Shown: piece by piece, positions 45,758 through 57,100 of the stretch | How the letters are laid out: the number at the start of each line of letters is the position of its first letter | How positions within the stretch are numbered: position 1 is the first letter of the stretch | DNA from: Epithemia pelagica | Lineage: Eukaryota > Protista > Bacillariophyta | Assembly: GCA_946965045.2 (NCBI GenBank) | Contig: OX337235.1 | Coordinates: forward strand, 2,232,001 to 2,296,000 | DNA: 64,000 nt | Direction of reading: 5' to 3' | Program-made: the position numbers and the translations under genes | The notes under the pieces: generated by a model | The model's input: only the letters and a program-made list of their open reading frames with translations | Database searches by the model: none | Told to the model about the DNA's origin: nothing

Positions 45758-45932
45758 TGTGAAAACTCTCCTACGGCCCAAGTAGATGAGTTGGACTCAG
45801 GTGGCAAAAGAGATTATGGTTAAGATCTAGAATGTTTGGATCTTTTAGGGATCGTGTAAACGTCCCCAAAATTGTGTCGCGTATACATTGTGACCGTTGA
45901 GCACGCGAGGCGAGAATGCCATTATTTCAACA
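45758..45932 (-). repeat. element A 3' LTR; polypurine tract at 45933-45945 (sense GCGCGAGAGGGAG)
   Basis: Matches 60556-60730; the PPT abuts the LTR; the pol stop (TGT TGA) lies in the first 6 nt of the LTR. Confidence 0.95.
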
Positions 45933-48900
45933 CTCCCTCTCGCGCACAATTGTGGTCGTCCATCCCATGACTTGCGTCCTCAATGGGTCGAGCATTGCTT
46001 TGGACAGGGGCTTCGTCAAGTAATCACTCAGTTGCTCCGTTGTGGGGATCGCGTGGATGGTGATGTCCCCTCGCTCCACATAACTCCGGAAGTGATGCAG
46101 CTTTACGTTGAGGTGTTTCGTTCGTGGGCGGAACTTATGGACTCGAGCCATCTCGAGCGCTCCGCTATTATCCTCGAACACCTTGCAGTGTAGCTTAGCC
46201 CTTGTGTCTGCGATGTCGATTCCATGTGTCTTCATTTCTTTCAATATTTCCATGAGTGGGATGGCTTCTCGCAGTGCATATGACAATCCAGTGTATTCGC
46301 TCTCGGTCGAGCTAAGGGCGATCTCTGTCTGTAGTTGCGATTTCCACACGACTGGGCACCCTTTGTATCGGATGATGTACCCGTGACGCGAACGCGCCGT
46401 ATCGCGATCGTTGTGCGGTTCGTTCTGGTCCCAATTGCCCGCAAAATCGGCGTCGGCGAATACTTCCAAGCCTGCACTCTGGTCTGGCTTAAACGTCATC
46501 CCCTTTTGTCGCGTCCCCAACAGGTACCGACCCAACCACTTGGCTGCTTCACCATGTTCCTTGCGCGGGTCCGAGCAAAAGCGTGCGCATTGATGAGTCG
46601 CGTAGGCTATGTCGCTTCGTGATCCCGCTTCCAAGTAATTCAGCATTCCCACCACTGAGCGATTGTTGAAGTGGTTGTCAAATGGTGCCAAGTCGGCGTG
46701 GCGCTTTAGGATCTTTGATGACGCCGCTGGAACGTCCTTTGGTTTCACCGTTTTTCCATCCAATCGCAGTGCGGATAGCACCTTGTCGATTAGGTGTGGT
46801 TGTGTGAATTCGATGGTCCCATCCTTTTGCTTTTCTATGTTGACCCCCAAGAAATCTTTGATTGTTCCTTCGACCGTGATGTTTAGCCCGGCGTCTTGGA
46901 TTTCCTTGATCACTTGGTTGATCTCCTCTTGGTCCGGTCCAGTGATTATGGAATCATCCGTATAAAGCACGTAGACGGTGTTTCCTTTGTAGAAGACACA
47001 CTCATCGATGCGCGACTTGGTGAATCCCACATCTTCGACCAACCGTATCGATAGGTATTGATACCATACTCGTCCTGCTTGCTTCTGGCCATATAGGTTG
47101 GCGTGGAGTTTGAACGCATAGTCGCGCTTATCCTTCCCATCCGCGAGCTCGTATCCTCGCGGGATTTCCATGTAGACTTCGCGTTCGACAGGCGCTTGAG
47201 GGTACGCCAGGACGTAGTCTATTTGTGTTGTATGCCAGTTGTTGGCGGCTACCAGCGCCAAGACGAGCCGGATGGATGCCCATGATGCGACGGGCGCATA
47301 CGTTTGATCGTAGTGCTTCCCTTTTTCCATTCGGGATCCATCGAAGTTGAGACGTGCTTTGTGCTTCTTAATCTCCCTCGTTTTGATGTCTCTCTTCCTT
47401 CGCATTTGCCATACCCCTGGGAATATCTTTTCTCCCTTTGGTATTTTGCTGCGGTGGATGAGTGAGAAATTTCCGTCGGTGAATTGTCGGTCCATTTCCT
47501 GTTGCATCCCATCCATGAAGCGTTCCGCGTCGGGTTCCTTCATTGCTTCATGATGGTACATGGTATCGGGATCCGATGCCGCTGCTTTGAATGCATGGAA
47601 TGGGTCGCCCAGCAGGTCGGAATCGTCTGTTGGGAACATCGTCTCCAGACAGAACAATTCACCGTCTACTGCATGATTGTTGTTTTTGGTGTTGGTCGTT
47701 GTTTCAGCCATCATGATTTCTATGAGCCTCTGTACGGGCTTGACGATCCTGCCGAATCTTGATCTTTGTGGTGGAGTTGACTCAGTGGGAGTGCTACCGC
47801 CTTGCTCCCTCTGGCCCTCATTTCCACTTCTTGTTTCTCGTTGTTGTTGTCGGCTAGCCGAGCCCTCACCCTGTGCGTACGGCGTCCCGGTTTGTTCGCT
47901 GGGTTCTTGGCCGTCCTCTGTTGGGACCGTTGGCGGGTCATCATTTGTTTGCGCATTGGTGCGATCCTCCCGTGGGGGATCATTGGCTGGATCGTTACTT
48001 GGTTCGTGGATCCTGATTCTCTTGTTCCTTTGTTTTGGTGGACCCTTCGTCTCTCCCTCTGGCTCTGGTGTACGGTGGACGCTCGCTTTACTTGGTGCAC
48101 TGGTAAAGTGCGTCTTGTACTGCCAGTGGGATTCAAGATTCTCCTGTCTGGTGGAATCGAATGCCTTGTCAAATTTCACGTGGAACTGCGGGCTGACATG
48201 CCCCGTGAATCTGCTGAGGACCAAGGCGACGTTCCGGTTGTGAATTGGTGATTGGCCGAGGTAAATCCCGACCTTGGCCCTATGCTTCCATTTGTGGAAG
48301 GGCTTGTTCCCTTGTAATGCCTCGTCCAGGACGTAGACTGGGCAGCCGAATGGCTTCCAGTGCTTCCTATTGACGTTCACTGGTGTTTTGCTAAACAACT
48401 GCAGTGGGGACATTTTGTTGGGTTGTTGCATATTCGGTGATGCATTGATACAGTCATTGGCGTGACGAATTGCGTACGGCCATAAATTAGCAGTGATAGC
48501 GTTTGGCCATCTCCTGTTGGCGTGTATTAGCATGGTTCTTGCCATGTCCTGTAGTTCTCTGATTCGTCGTTCTGCCTTGCCGTTGGTGTGGTGTGCACCA
48601 ACTCCTGCGAAGGTCAGTGGTTGATTTTGGTTGTTGCAGGCCTCTACCCATGCTTTGGCCTTGAAAATGCCATTGTCCGCATGGTATGCTGCTATCGTTA
48701 CACCTCTAGCCATCGCGTACCTCTCGAATGCCCGTTTTCCTTCGAGAGTTTCCTTCGCGTTGGATGATTTCTGGAGGTAGACGAATCCCAGTCCTGTCGC
48801 TTGGTCGACATAGACTGTCGCATACTTGTACCGTTCTCTAGTTATGAATCCGGTCATCTGTGCTACCAGACCGGGTGTCGGTGACTCCATTTGGTCAACT

Positions 48901-49313
48901 GACACCACTGCTCCTGGTCTGTTGTTTGGTCGCTCCGTTTCGCAGTCGCGTACATTGCGTGAGCGCCATGGGCGTTTGGTCGCTCTAGCGTACTGACATG
49001 CGGAGCACACTGGCACCTTGCATTTTGCCAGCCTTGAGGGAAGGATCCCATCCTTTGCTATTCTCTGGAGTTTGGTAAATGGTAAGTGGCCAAAGTCATA
49101 ATGGCATTGAAGCAATTCCGCTGTTGGTGTTGGCAACCTTTCCTCCTCATCGATGATGATGTTGGGTGCTGGTTCCTCCAACTCGGTTGTGTGTTTTCCA
49201 TTCAGGTCGAACTCACGGGGTTTGTCGTTTTGCTCATTTTCTTCAGGCCATTCATTTGGCTCATCCGAGCGTTCCTCTCCTGCGTCATCGTTGATTGATA
49301 CTTCGTCGTCCAA
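45927..49313 (-). CDS. element A pol: integrase - RT - RNase H (protease-proximal part lost at the rearrangement junction)
   Basis: HYDFGH..CKVPVCSAC zinc finger, VSVDQM, YHADNG, GKAERRIREL; KARLNFDG, LYGQKQAG, YTDD; FADADFAG, TESEY, FEDNSGA, DYLTKPL. Confidence 0.95.
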   Translation of the reverse strand: MDDEVSINDDAGEERSDEPNEWPEENEQNDKPREFDLNGKHTTELEEPAPNIIIDEEERLPTPTAELLQCHYDFGHLPFTKLQRIAKDGILPSRLAKCKVPVCSACQYARATKRPWRSRNVRDCETERPNNRPGAVVSVDQMESPTPGLVAQMTGFITRERYKYATVYVDQATGLGFVYLQKSSNAKETLEGKRAFERYAMARGVTIAAYHADNGIFKAKAWVEACNNQNQPLTFAGVGAHHTNGKAERRIRELQDMARTMLIHANRRWPNAITANLWPYAIRHANDCINASPNMQQPNKMSPLQLFSKTPVNVNRKHWKPFGCPVYVLDEALQGNKPFHKWKHRAKVGIYLGQSPIHNRNVALVLSRFTGHVSPQFHVKFDKAFDSTRQENLESHWQYKTHFTSAPSKASVHRTPEPEGETKGPPKQRNKRIRIHEPSNDPANDPPREDRTNAQTNDDPPTVPTEDGQEPSEQTGTPYAQGEGSASRQQQRETRSGNEGQREQGGSTPTESTPPQRSRFGRIVKPVQRLIEIMMAETTTNTKNNNHAVDGELFCLETMFPTDDSDLLGDPFHAFKAAASDPDTMYHHEAMKEPDAERFMDGMQQEMDRQFTDGNFSLIHRSKIPKGEKIFPGVWQMRRKRDIKTREIKKHKARLNFDGSRMEKGKHYDQTYAPVASWASIRLVLALVAANNWHTTQIDYVLAYPQAPVEREVYMEIPRGYELADGKDKRDYAFKLHANLYGQKQAGRVWYQYLSIRLVEDVGFTKSRIDECVFYKGNTVYVLYTDDSIITGPDQEEINQVIKEIQDAGLNITVEGTIKDFLGVNIEKQKDGTIEFTQPHLIDKVLSALRLDGKTVKPKDVPAASSKILKRHADLAPFDNHFNNRSVVGMLNYLEAGSRSDIAYATHQCARFCSDPRKEHGEAAKWLGRYLLGTRQKGMTFKPDQSAGLEVFADADFAGNWDQNEPHNDRDTARSRHGYIIRYKGCPVVWKSQLQTEIALSSTESEYTGLSYALREAIPLMEILKEMKTHGIDIADTRAKLHCKVFEDNSGALEMARVHKFRPRTKHLNVKLHHFRSYVERGDITIHAIPTTEQLSDYLTKPLSKAMLDPLRTQVMGWTTTIVREREC

Positions 49314-51626
49314 TATGACTGCTGTCGCATCGACTTGAAGCTCGTCTATGATGATTGGGTCCCGATGTAGAATCTAACCACCATAGACGGTGAGAATTCT
49401 AACACAAAAGAGGGATCCGAACGACGCTTTAGGAGGTGGAACAACGCCAAATGGTGGTGGTGTGGTCCAGAAACGGGAGGATTCGGCGGATGGAGGACCC
49501 ATAAACCATCCGAGTGCCGAACCAAGAAGCGCAAAGCCAGTCCATCCGCAGGAAAGAAGAAGGAAGATGGAGGAGGACGAAAGAAGTCGTCCAATTTCTC
49601 GGGCAAGAAACGAAAGCAAGACGCAATCAAGTTAGCGGTTGCCAACGAGACCATCATGTCCGAAGACGAGGACAAGAACCATTCGGACGCGGAGGACTCT
49701 GAATACAGCACCTGACGAACCTGGATCGATTATCGATCCCGACAAGTCGTGAGTCAGTGTCGAAGGTTCCGCCTTGTCGTGCTCCGTTGGACATTCCTGC
49801 TGACATTGCGATGACGGCTGCCATGACTCTGAGGCTCACTCTGTATCTTCGTCTTGTGTTGAATTGGTGTTGAATTCTATGCATTCTGCCGCTCCGATTC
49901 GACTTGATTCGGGCGTGCAACCTGCATGCTATCCCTTCTATTCCTTTATTGGTGACATGGAGTGCACGCGACAACCAATCTTGCGGGTCCTGTTCCTCCT
50001 CGGGATCGTCGTCCACTATGAATGTGACGAGTTCCGTCATTATCAGGATTCCCTTGATTACTTGGTGTGCTATTCCGACAATCAACCATTCTATGGCGTG
50101 CCTAAGGGAGAAAGTGGTGAACATGTATACCATCATGGTTAGTATGTTTATTTTCCACTTTCTCCAGGTTCGTCAGGTGCTGTATTCAGAGTCCTCAGCG
50201 TCCGAATGGTTCTTGTCCTCGTCTTCGNNNNNNNNNNNNNNNNNNNNNNNNNNNNNNNNNNNNNNNNNNNNNNNNNNNNNNNNNNNNNNNNNNNNNNNNN
50301 NNNNNNNNNNNNNNNNNNNNNNNNNNNNNNNNNNNNNNNNNNNNNNNNNNNNNNNNNNNNNNNNNNNNNNNNNNNNNNNNNNNNNNNNNNNNNNNNNNNN
50401 NNNNNNNNNNNNNNNNNNNNNNNNNNNGCTCCGTTGGACATTCCTGCTGACATTGCGATGACGGCTGCCATGACTCTGAGGCTCACTCTGTATCTTCGTC
50501 TTGTGTTGAATTGGTGTTGAATTCTATGCATTCTGCCGCTCCGATTCGACTTGATTCGGGCGTGCAACCTGCATGCTATCCCTTCTATTCCTTTATTGGT
50601 GACATGGAGTGCACGCGACAACCAATCTTGCGGGTCCTGTTCCTCCTCGGGATCGTCGTCCACTATGAATGTGACGAGTTCCGTCATTATCAGGATTCCC
50701 TTGATTACTTGGTGTGCTATTCCGACAATCAACCATTCTATGGCGTGCCTAAGGGAGAAAGTGGTGAACATGTATACCATCATGGTTAGTATGTTTATTT
50801 TCCACTTTCTCCAGGTTCGTCAGGTGCTGTATTCAGAGTCCTCAGCGTCCGAATGGTTCTTGTCCTCGTCTTCGGACATGATGGTCTCGTTGGCAACCGC
50901 TAACTTGATTGCGCCTTGCTTTCGTTTCTTGCCCGAGAAATTGGACGACTTCTTTCGTCCTCCTCCATCTTCCTTCTTCTTTCCTGCGGATGGACTGGCT
51001 TTGCGCTTCTTGGTTCGGCACTCGGATGGTTTATGGGTCCTCCATCCGCCGAATCCTCCCGTTTCTGGACCACACCACCACCATTTGGCGTTGTTCCACC
51101 TCCTAAAGCGTCGTTCGGATCCCTCTTTTGTGTTAGAATTCTCACCGTCTATGGTGGTTAGATTCTACATCGGGACCCAATCATCATAGACGAGCTTCAA
51201 GTCGATGCGACAGCAGTCATATCGGACGACGAAGCATCAATCAACGATGACGCAGGAGAGGAACGCTCGGATGAGCCAAATGAATGGCCTGAAGAAAATG
51301 AGCAAAACGACAAACCCCGTGAGTTCGACCTGAATGGAAAACACACAACCGAGTTGGAGGAACCAGCACCCAACATCATCATCGATGAGGAGGAAAGGTT
51401 GCCAACACCAACAGCGGAATTGCTTCAATGCCATTATGACTTTGGCCACTTACCATTTACCAAACTCCAGAGAATAGCAAAGGATGGGATCCTTCCCTCA
51501 AGGCTGGCAAAATGCAAGGTGCCAGTGTGCTCCGCATGTCAGTACGCTAGAGCGACCAAACGCCCATGGCGCTCACGCAATGTACGCGACTGCGAAACGG
51601 AGCGACCAAACAACAGACCAGGAGCA
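48909..51626. repeat. 817-bp inverted repeat (arms 48909-49725 and 50810-51626) made of A-pol, the first 41 bp of the B LTR and the A-gag C-terminus
   Basis: Arms are reverse complements with at least 4 substitutions; the same chimeric junction is present in both. Confidence 0.85.
50228..50427. other. assembly gap (200 N) flanked by a 447-bp direct duplicate (49781-50227 = 50428-50874)
   Basis: N run; apparently identical sequence on both sides. Confidence 0.97.
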
Positions 51627-51828
51627 CGTAGACCTATCGTAGTAATCAACACACAATCTAACAATATCACCATTTATCACATCCTCTTTTGTGTCCCGAC
51701 TATCCTTTTGATAGACTACGACTTGCTCTCCTCTCTTCCCCGTGGAGAGGTTTGTATCGGTTGGTGACTACCTGATTGTCTGCTCTACCGAGCATCAATG
51801 TCCCTACGATTCAGAAAGAATTGTAACA
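51131..51828 (+). repeat. element B 5' LTR, chimeric: the middle ~540 bp are replaced by inverted A-pol (51172-51626)
   Basis: First 41 bp and last ~200 bp match the intact 3' LTR. Confidence 0.85.
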
Positions 51829-51842
51829 GATTAACAGTCTCA
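51829..51842 (+). promoter_or_regulatory. element B primer-binding site, complementary to the anticodon arm of tRNA-Asn(GTT)
   Basis: GATTAACAGTCTCA directly after the LTR CA; reverse complement TGAGA-CTGTTAA-TC = stem 27-31, loop with GTT anticodon, nt 39-40. Confidence 0.72.
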
Positions 51843-51864
51843 GAGCTTATTTCCTTGTGGTTTC

Positions 51865-52644
51865 ATGGATACTTACGAGCTTATCACTCCTGTACGACAG
51901 ATCTATCGAGCCAACCTGCATTCCGGGCAGCCCGATACCCTGGTGCAGCAGGAACTGGTGCCGACGCCGAAGGCAGCCAACACATCGGTCAACATCTCCG
52001 TCGACAGTTCCAACAGCAACCCATTCGAGACTCCAACCCAGCCTCACGCTCCAATCCCTGCGCCGTCGCTTCGGCCCCCGAGTCCGCCTCGTCGGCTCGT
52101 CCCTTCTCGATCCTGTCGTACCACCCGGTTGATTGCTGATCATATCAAGTACTTCCGTCAACCAACTTCTTCGACCTTCGATCCCGAGATCATCCGTGGG
52201 GAGACCCAGATCGAACGCCAGTTCCAATCGGTGACCCACATCGTCGACCAAGAAGACATTGATCGTCTGAACGACCAACTTCATTGCTCTCCGAGGCGTC
52301 GCCTCATCTTGGCCGCCCTCTCGGGCAACCCCATCCGTACTGTCCACCTCCGCTTCCTAACCTTCGAGCGCCCAACTGGATACTTCAATACCATATACGT
52401 CGTGAACGCGACGACTTGCCCTCTGCCTCCTAACGTTGTACGCCTAGATAACTACGTTACCTACATCCACGAGGTCCATACCATCGAGGACCATCGTGCA
52501 ACTATCTTCCCTTTGCGTACCGAGGTTGAGATCCACTTGGCTGAAGGTGATACCCCTTCTTCTGTTGCTTGTGCTGCCCCATCTGAGCCTGGAAACGACT
52601 CTGATTATTTGGAAGAGAGTGGAGATTCGGAAACCGAAGCTTAA
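51865..52644 (+). CDS. extra 259-aa ORF between the PBS and gag of element B
   Basis: Uninterrupted ATG-initiated ORF; no family recognised. Confidence 0.5.
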   Translation: MDTYELITPVRQIYRANLHSGQPDTLVQQELVPTPKAANTSVNISVDSSNSNPFETPTQPHAPIPAPSLRPPSPPRRLVPSRSCRTTRLIADHIKYFRQPTSSTFDPEIIRGETQIERQFQSVTHIVDQEDIDRLNDQLHCSPRRRLILAALSGNPIRTVHLRFLTFERPTGYFNTIYVVNATTCPLPPNVVRLDNYVTYIHEVHTIEDHRATIFPLRTEVEIHLAEGDTPSSVACAAPSEPGNDSDYLEESGDSETEA

Positions 52645-52969
52645 TCACTCATAATTAACTCCCGTCCTCTCAAAACCTTTCCAAGACTTAAACTCAACGC
52701 ACATCCGGGTACCCTTGGTCGCACAACACGCCACACATTCCCGTCAAATCGCGAAAATTCGGCGAAAATTTATTGAAGCTCGGCGAAAATTTGTCGGAAT
52801 CAACGGAAATTTCCAGGAGTCGCACATCACAACACACATCCGGGTATCACATACGTGGTACATACGTGGCACACGTGGTACATCCGGGTTCACATCACAT
52901 CACATCACACATTAAATAAACCACATCACACCGCACATTAAATAAACATCGAACCAACCAAATAACATC

Positions 52970-54157
52970 ATGGATCCTCAATCACCCAAGACACCTACAA
53001 CTCCTAAGGGAGAAGATAACCAAGACAATGTCTCGAACACAGACCTATTCGACCACATCATATTTACTGTCTGCCAATTCTTTACCAAGGAAAGGGCCGA
53101 CTACTTAATAAAGTGGATGAAATACCATGGTTTTGAGAACATTACCCATGTTATCTCGTATATGCAAACCAATACCGAGGAATCCATGAACGAACTGACC
53201 CAATACAAGGTCAACAAACAGACACATGATCTACAAGGCCCCACAAGACAGCAGATCAAGCTCTTGGCTTATTGGGCCATATACAAGACCAACGAAATTC
53301 AAGACGAGCTATCCAATAGCGACTGGATGAACCTAACGAGGAAAGAGTTCAACACTTGGAGGATCAACACAGATTTCTCTAAGGGACCACCTAGCCAAGT
53401 TCCAGTCTCGCCAATGAAGTCACCGTCATCTGTGAAATCTGTCAGCACAGTTACTGCCGCATCCCAATCTCAACAAGACCTTACAGCATTCAGAAAGGGA
53501 ACTAAGCGCGACGCAACTGCGTATGAGGTATTCAAGGATGAACGATACTACGATTCATTCTGGCGTGTATTCAAGACTACAGCTAAGGCTCAAGGCCTAT
53601 CCAACGTTCTGAATTTCAAATACACACCACCCCATGATGATGAGTATGCCGAAGAACTTTTTCAAGAGCAACAAGTATTTCTTTACTCCGTTCTTGTCCG
53701 TATCATTCAGACTGACCAAGGTCGAGCCTATGTACGTGAACACGAACATGATGAAGATGCACGTGCCGTATTGCAGAAGTTACACTCTTTGCATACCGAA
53801 TCCGACCTAGCAAAACGAGAAGTCCTCCGTTTAACCAACTACATTTCCAATCTACGTCTTGACGACACATGGCGCGGAACAACACGTCAATTTCTTCTAC
53901 ACTTTCAAGAGCAGCTACGTCTGCTAGACAATCTAGTGACGTTATCTGATCGCATCCCTGATCATACCAGGATGACCTTTCTCATGCAAGCTGTAGAAAA
54001 GGTACCTGATCTCCGCCGAGTCAAGATCTTGGATAATGTGGTGAACACCAAATCCGGTGCAAAATCCCTTTGCTATCAATCATACTTCCGCCTCCTTCTA
54101 GATGCAGCTTATGACCATGATCAAGCAACCCAGTCATCTGTTCATAGTCGCCGTTGA
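52970..54157 (+). CDS. element B gag (ends at an in-frame TGA that continues into pol)
   Basis: FRKGTKRDATAYEVFKDERYYDSFWR...AKAQGL, a CoDi-type gag motif. Confidence 0.85.
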   Translation: MDPQSPKTPTTPKGEDNQDNVSNTDLFDHIIFTVCQFFTKERADYLIKWMKYHGFENITHVISYMQTNTEESMNELTQYKVNKQTHDLQGPTRQQIKLLAYWAIYKTNEIQDELSNSDWMNLTRKEFNTWRINTDFSKGPPSQVPVSPMKSPSSVKSVSTVTAASQSQQDLTAFRKGTKRDATAYEVFKDERYYDSFWRVFKTTAKAQGLSNVLNFKYTPPHDDEYAEELFQEQQVFLYSVLVRIIQTDQGRAYVREHEHDEDARAVLQKLHSLHTESDLAKREVLRLTNYISNLRLDDTWRGTTRQFLLHFQEQLRLLDNLVTLSDRIPDHTRMTFLMQAVEKVPDLRRVKILDNVVNTKSGAKSLCYQSYFRLLLDAAYDHDQATQSSVHSRR

Positions 54158-57100
54158 CATGTCAAACAACGTGAATCACTATATGGCCAAGATATAGATG
54201 CTGACATAACCTCACAAGATGATATGGAGTATCATGTCCACAACACCAAAGTGAAATCTGAATCTCCATCCTCTTCGTCCAAGGTTAGTCTACCGCGTGA
54301 CCTATGGTTCAAACTTTCTGAAGAAGATCGCAAGTTGATCATTGAGTATAACAAGATGATTCAAGCACCTTCATCAACAACACCGAGGAAAGTGCAAACA
54401 CATGCCCTCGACATTGATCCGGACCCTGATCCTGACCCCAACCAAGTTGCATCTGATGACGACTCACCTGGCGCAGTCCCTGAGCATCCAGATGATTCAG
54501 ATCCGGTTACACAATTTATCAACCAAGCCATGACGACTGATATCAATCACCCGGCAACTGACCTGACTAGTGTTCTTTCTAACGCCAAGTCCAAGACGAG
54601 CAAGAAGGTTACTTTCAAAGCCAACATGCATAAACAAGCAGGACATGTTCCACACTATTTGTTTTCCAGGAAATCTACTTTACCAGGAAATCAATTGATT
54701 GACCGTGGTGCTAATGGAGGACTTGCTGGTTCTGACATGCGCATCCTTTCTAAGACTGGCCGCCATATCACTATTGTGGGTATTGATAACCATGAACTTA
54801 CTGGACTTCCTGTCGTCACATGTGCCGCAAAGTTTGAGACCAATGATGGACCTATTGTCGGCATCTTCAATGAATATGCTTATTATGGAAAGGGCTTATC
54901 TATCCATGCTCCTGGTCAATTCGAGCATTTTGGACTTGCTGTTGATGAACGATCTGTTAAAGTTGATGGTAAACAACGCATCACTACACTTGATGGTCGT
55001 GCCATACCCCTTCACATCAAGGATGGGTTAGCCTACATCCACTCCTTGGGTATCCCCAGCGACGATGACATGGATACCTTACCTCAGATCATCTTCACGT
55101 CACCCGACACATGGGATCCTGGTGTTCTGGACCATTCGCATTCTCCCACACCCTCTGACAATGATCCTGATTGGAAACACGTCAAGACTGATGGTAGTAT
55201 GTCGAACCATCCATATGACAACTATGGGGAGTACACTGATCGTGTTGTTTGTAACCTCAATCTCCTTTTGGATCTCCCATACGATCATGGACCTGACGAC
55301 GCACCCTTCTTTTCTATCTATGCTGACGCAGAAGGTAATGATCCTACACTTCATGCCTCTGTCCACCGTCGTTACCAGGAAGCGTATGACTGGAAGAAGT
55401 TCCGTCCATTCTTTGGTTGGCAATCTGAAGATGTTATTGCCGATACGTTCAAGCACACTTCACGTAATGGTAGCATTACTTTTGACCACGACACCCTCAA
55501 GAAACATTTCAAGGCTCGCAATCCGGTCCTTAATATACCCCCGTTGCTACTGACTCGGTTTTCTCCGACACCTCTGCTGTTGACCATGGCGGTAAAGTCG
55601 CACAAATCTTTGTTGGTTGAGATACTCTGGTTACTGATATCTATGGGATCAAGTCGACCAAACAGTTTGTCAATACTCTTCAGGACAACATCCGCTTTCG
55701 TGGTGCCATGGAGACTCTTATCAGTGATGGTGGTTCATCTCTCATCTCTCAAAAGGTCAAAGACATTCTTCGCACTTTGCTTATTTGGGAGTATCGATCC
55801 GAACCTTATCATCAACACCAGAATAAGGCTGAAAACCGTTACCAGACCGTCAAACATATGACCAACGCTCTCATGAATGCCACTGGTTGCCCTGCCAACA
55901 CCTGGCTTCTTTGCCTTGAGTATGTCTGTGACTTATTGAACCATACATCATCACCCACCCATTCCGGTCGCACTCCTCTTGAGGCTCTCTCCGGACGCCC
56001 ACCCGACATTACTCATCTCTTGTTCTTTCCTTTCTGGGATGAGGTTTACTACCGTGTCAACCCCGCTGAACCCAATTCTGGTTCATATCCATCTTCTTCT
56101 GATGAGAAACTTGGCCACTGGGTTGGTTTTGCTCACAACGTTGGTGATTCTTTTACTTGGAAGATTCTCACCCAGGATAACCAGATAATCTACCGTTCTG
56201 CCGTTTGCCGTGTTGAATCCACTACACCTAACCTACGTGTGGATTGACCTTCAGGGGAGGATTCGTCTGAGAAGGATGACAATGATAAGCAAGCTGACAC
56301 TGTCTTCATTCGCAGTGACAGTGAAGATCCATCCAAACCAATGCCCACGATCGATTTTGACGACATGATAGGACGAACATTCCTATGCGACACAGAAGAA
56401 AATGGGGAGCGACACCGTGCACGTGTCATCAAACGAGTCATTGATCTTAATGAAGAAGCAACGAAACAGGAAGAACGCGTCAAGTACATCTACCGAAAGA
56501 CAAATTCTGATGTTGATGAGATGATATCCTATAATCAACTCATGGAGTATATCGAACGAGATAACCAAGCTCAAACCTCTGGAGATAATCTTTTCAGGTT
56601 CAGGGACGTCATTGCCCATCAAGGCCCACTGAACACAACTGATCCAGATTACAAGGGGAGCAAATATAATTTGCTTGTTGATTGGGAAACTGGGGAGACT
56701 ACCTATGAACCTTTATCACTCATCGCCAATGATGATCCAATCACTGTAGCAATTTATGGAAAGAAACATGGTTTACTCAACGAACCTGGATGGAAGCATT
56801 TGAAACGTTATGTCAAAACAAGCAAACGTCTCATTCGAGCAGCCAAACAGTCAAGGATTAAACAAGTTCACCATTCCGTCAAGTATAAGTTTGGATTCCA
56901 AGTACCACGCAATTATGAGGAAGCTGTCGCTCTTGATAAACAACATGGCAACACAAAGTGGCAGGATGCAACAGAATTAGAATTGTCACAGATCCAGTCC
57001 TACAAGACATTCAAGGATTTTGGGAAAGCCATCTTCATTAAAGGGAAAGTATCCAATGCACCTGAAGGATATCATAAGATACGTGTACATCTTGTCTTTG

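Noticed and set aside
49781-50874. 447-bp tandem duplication
   Set aside because: Apparently identical copies directly flank the 200-N gap; most likely an unmerged contig overlap
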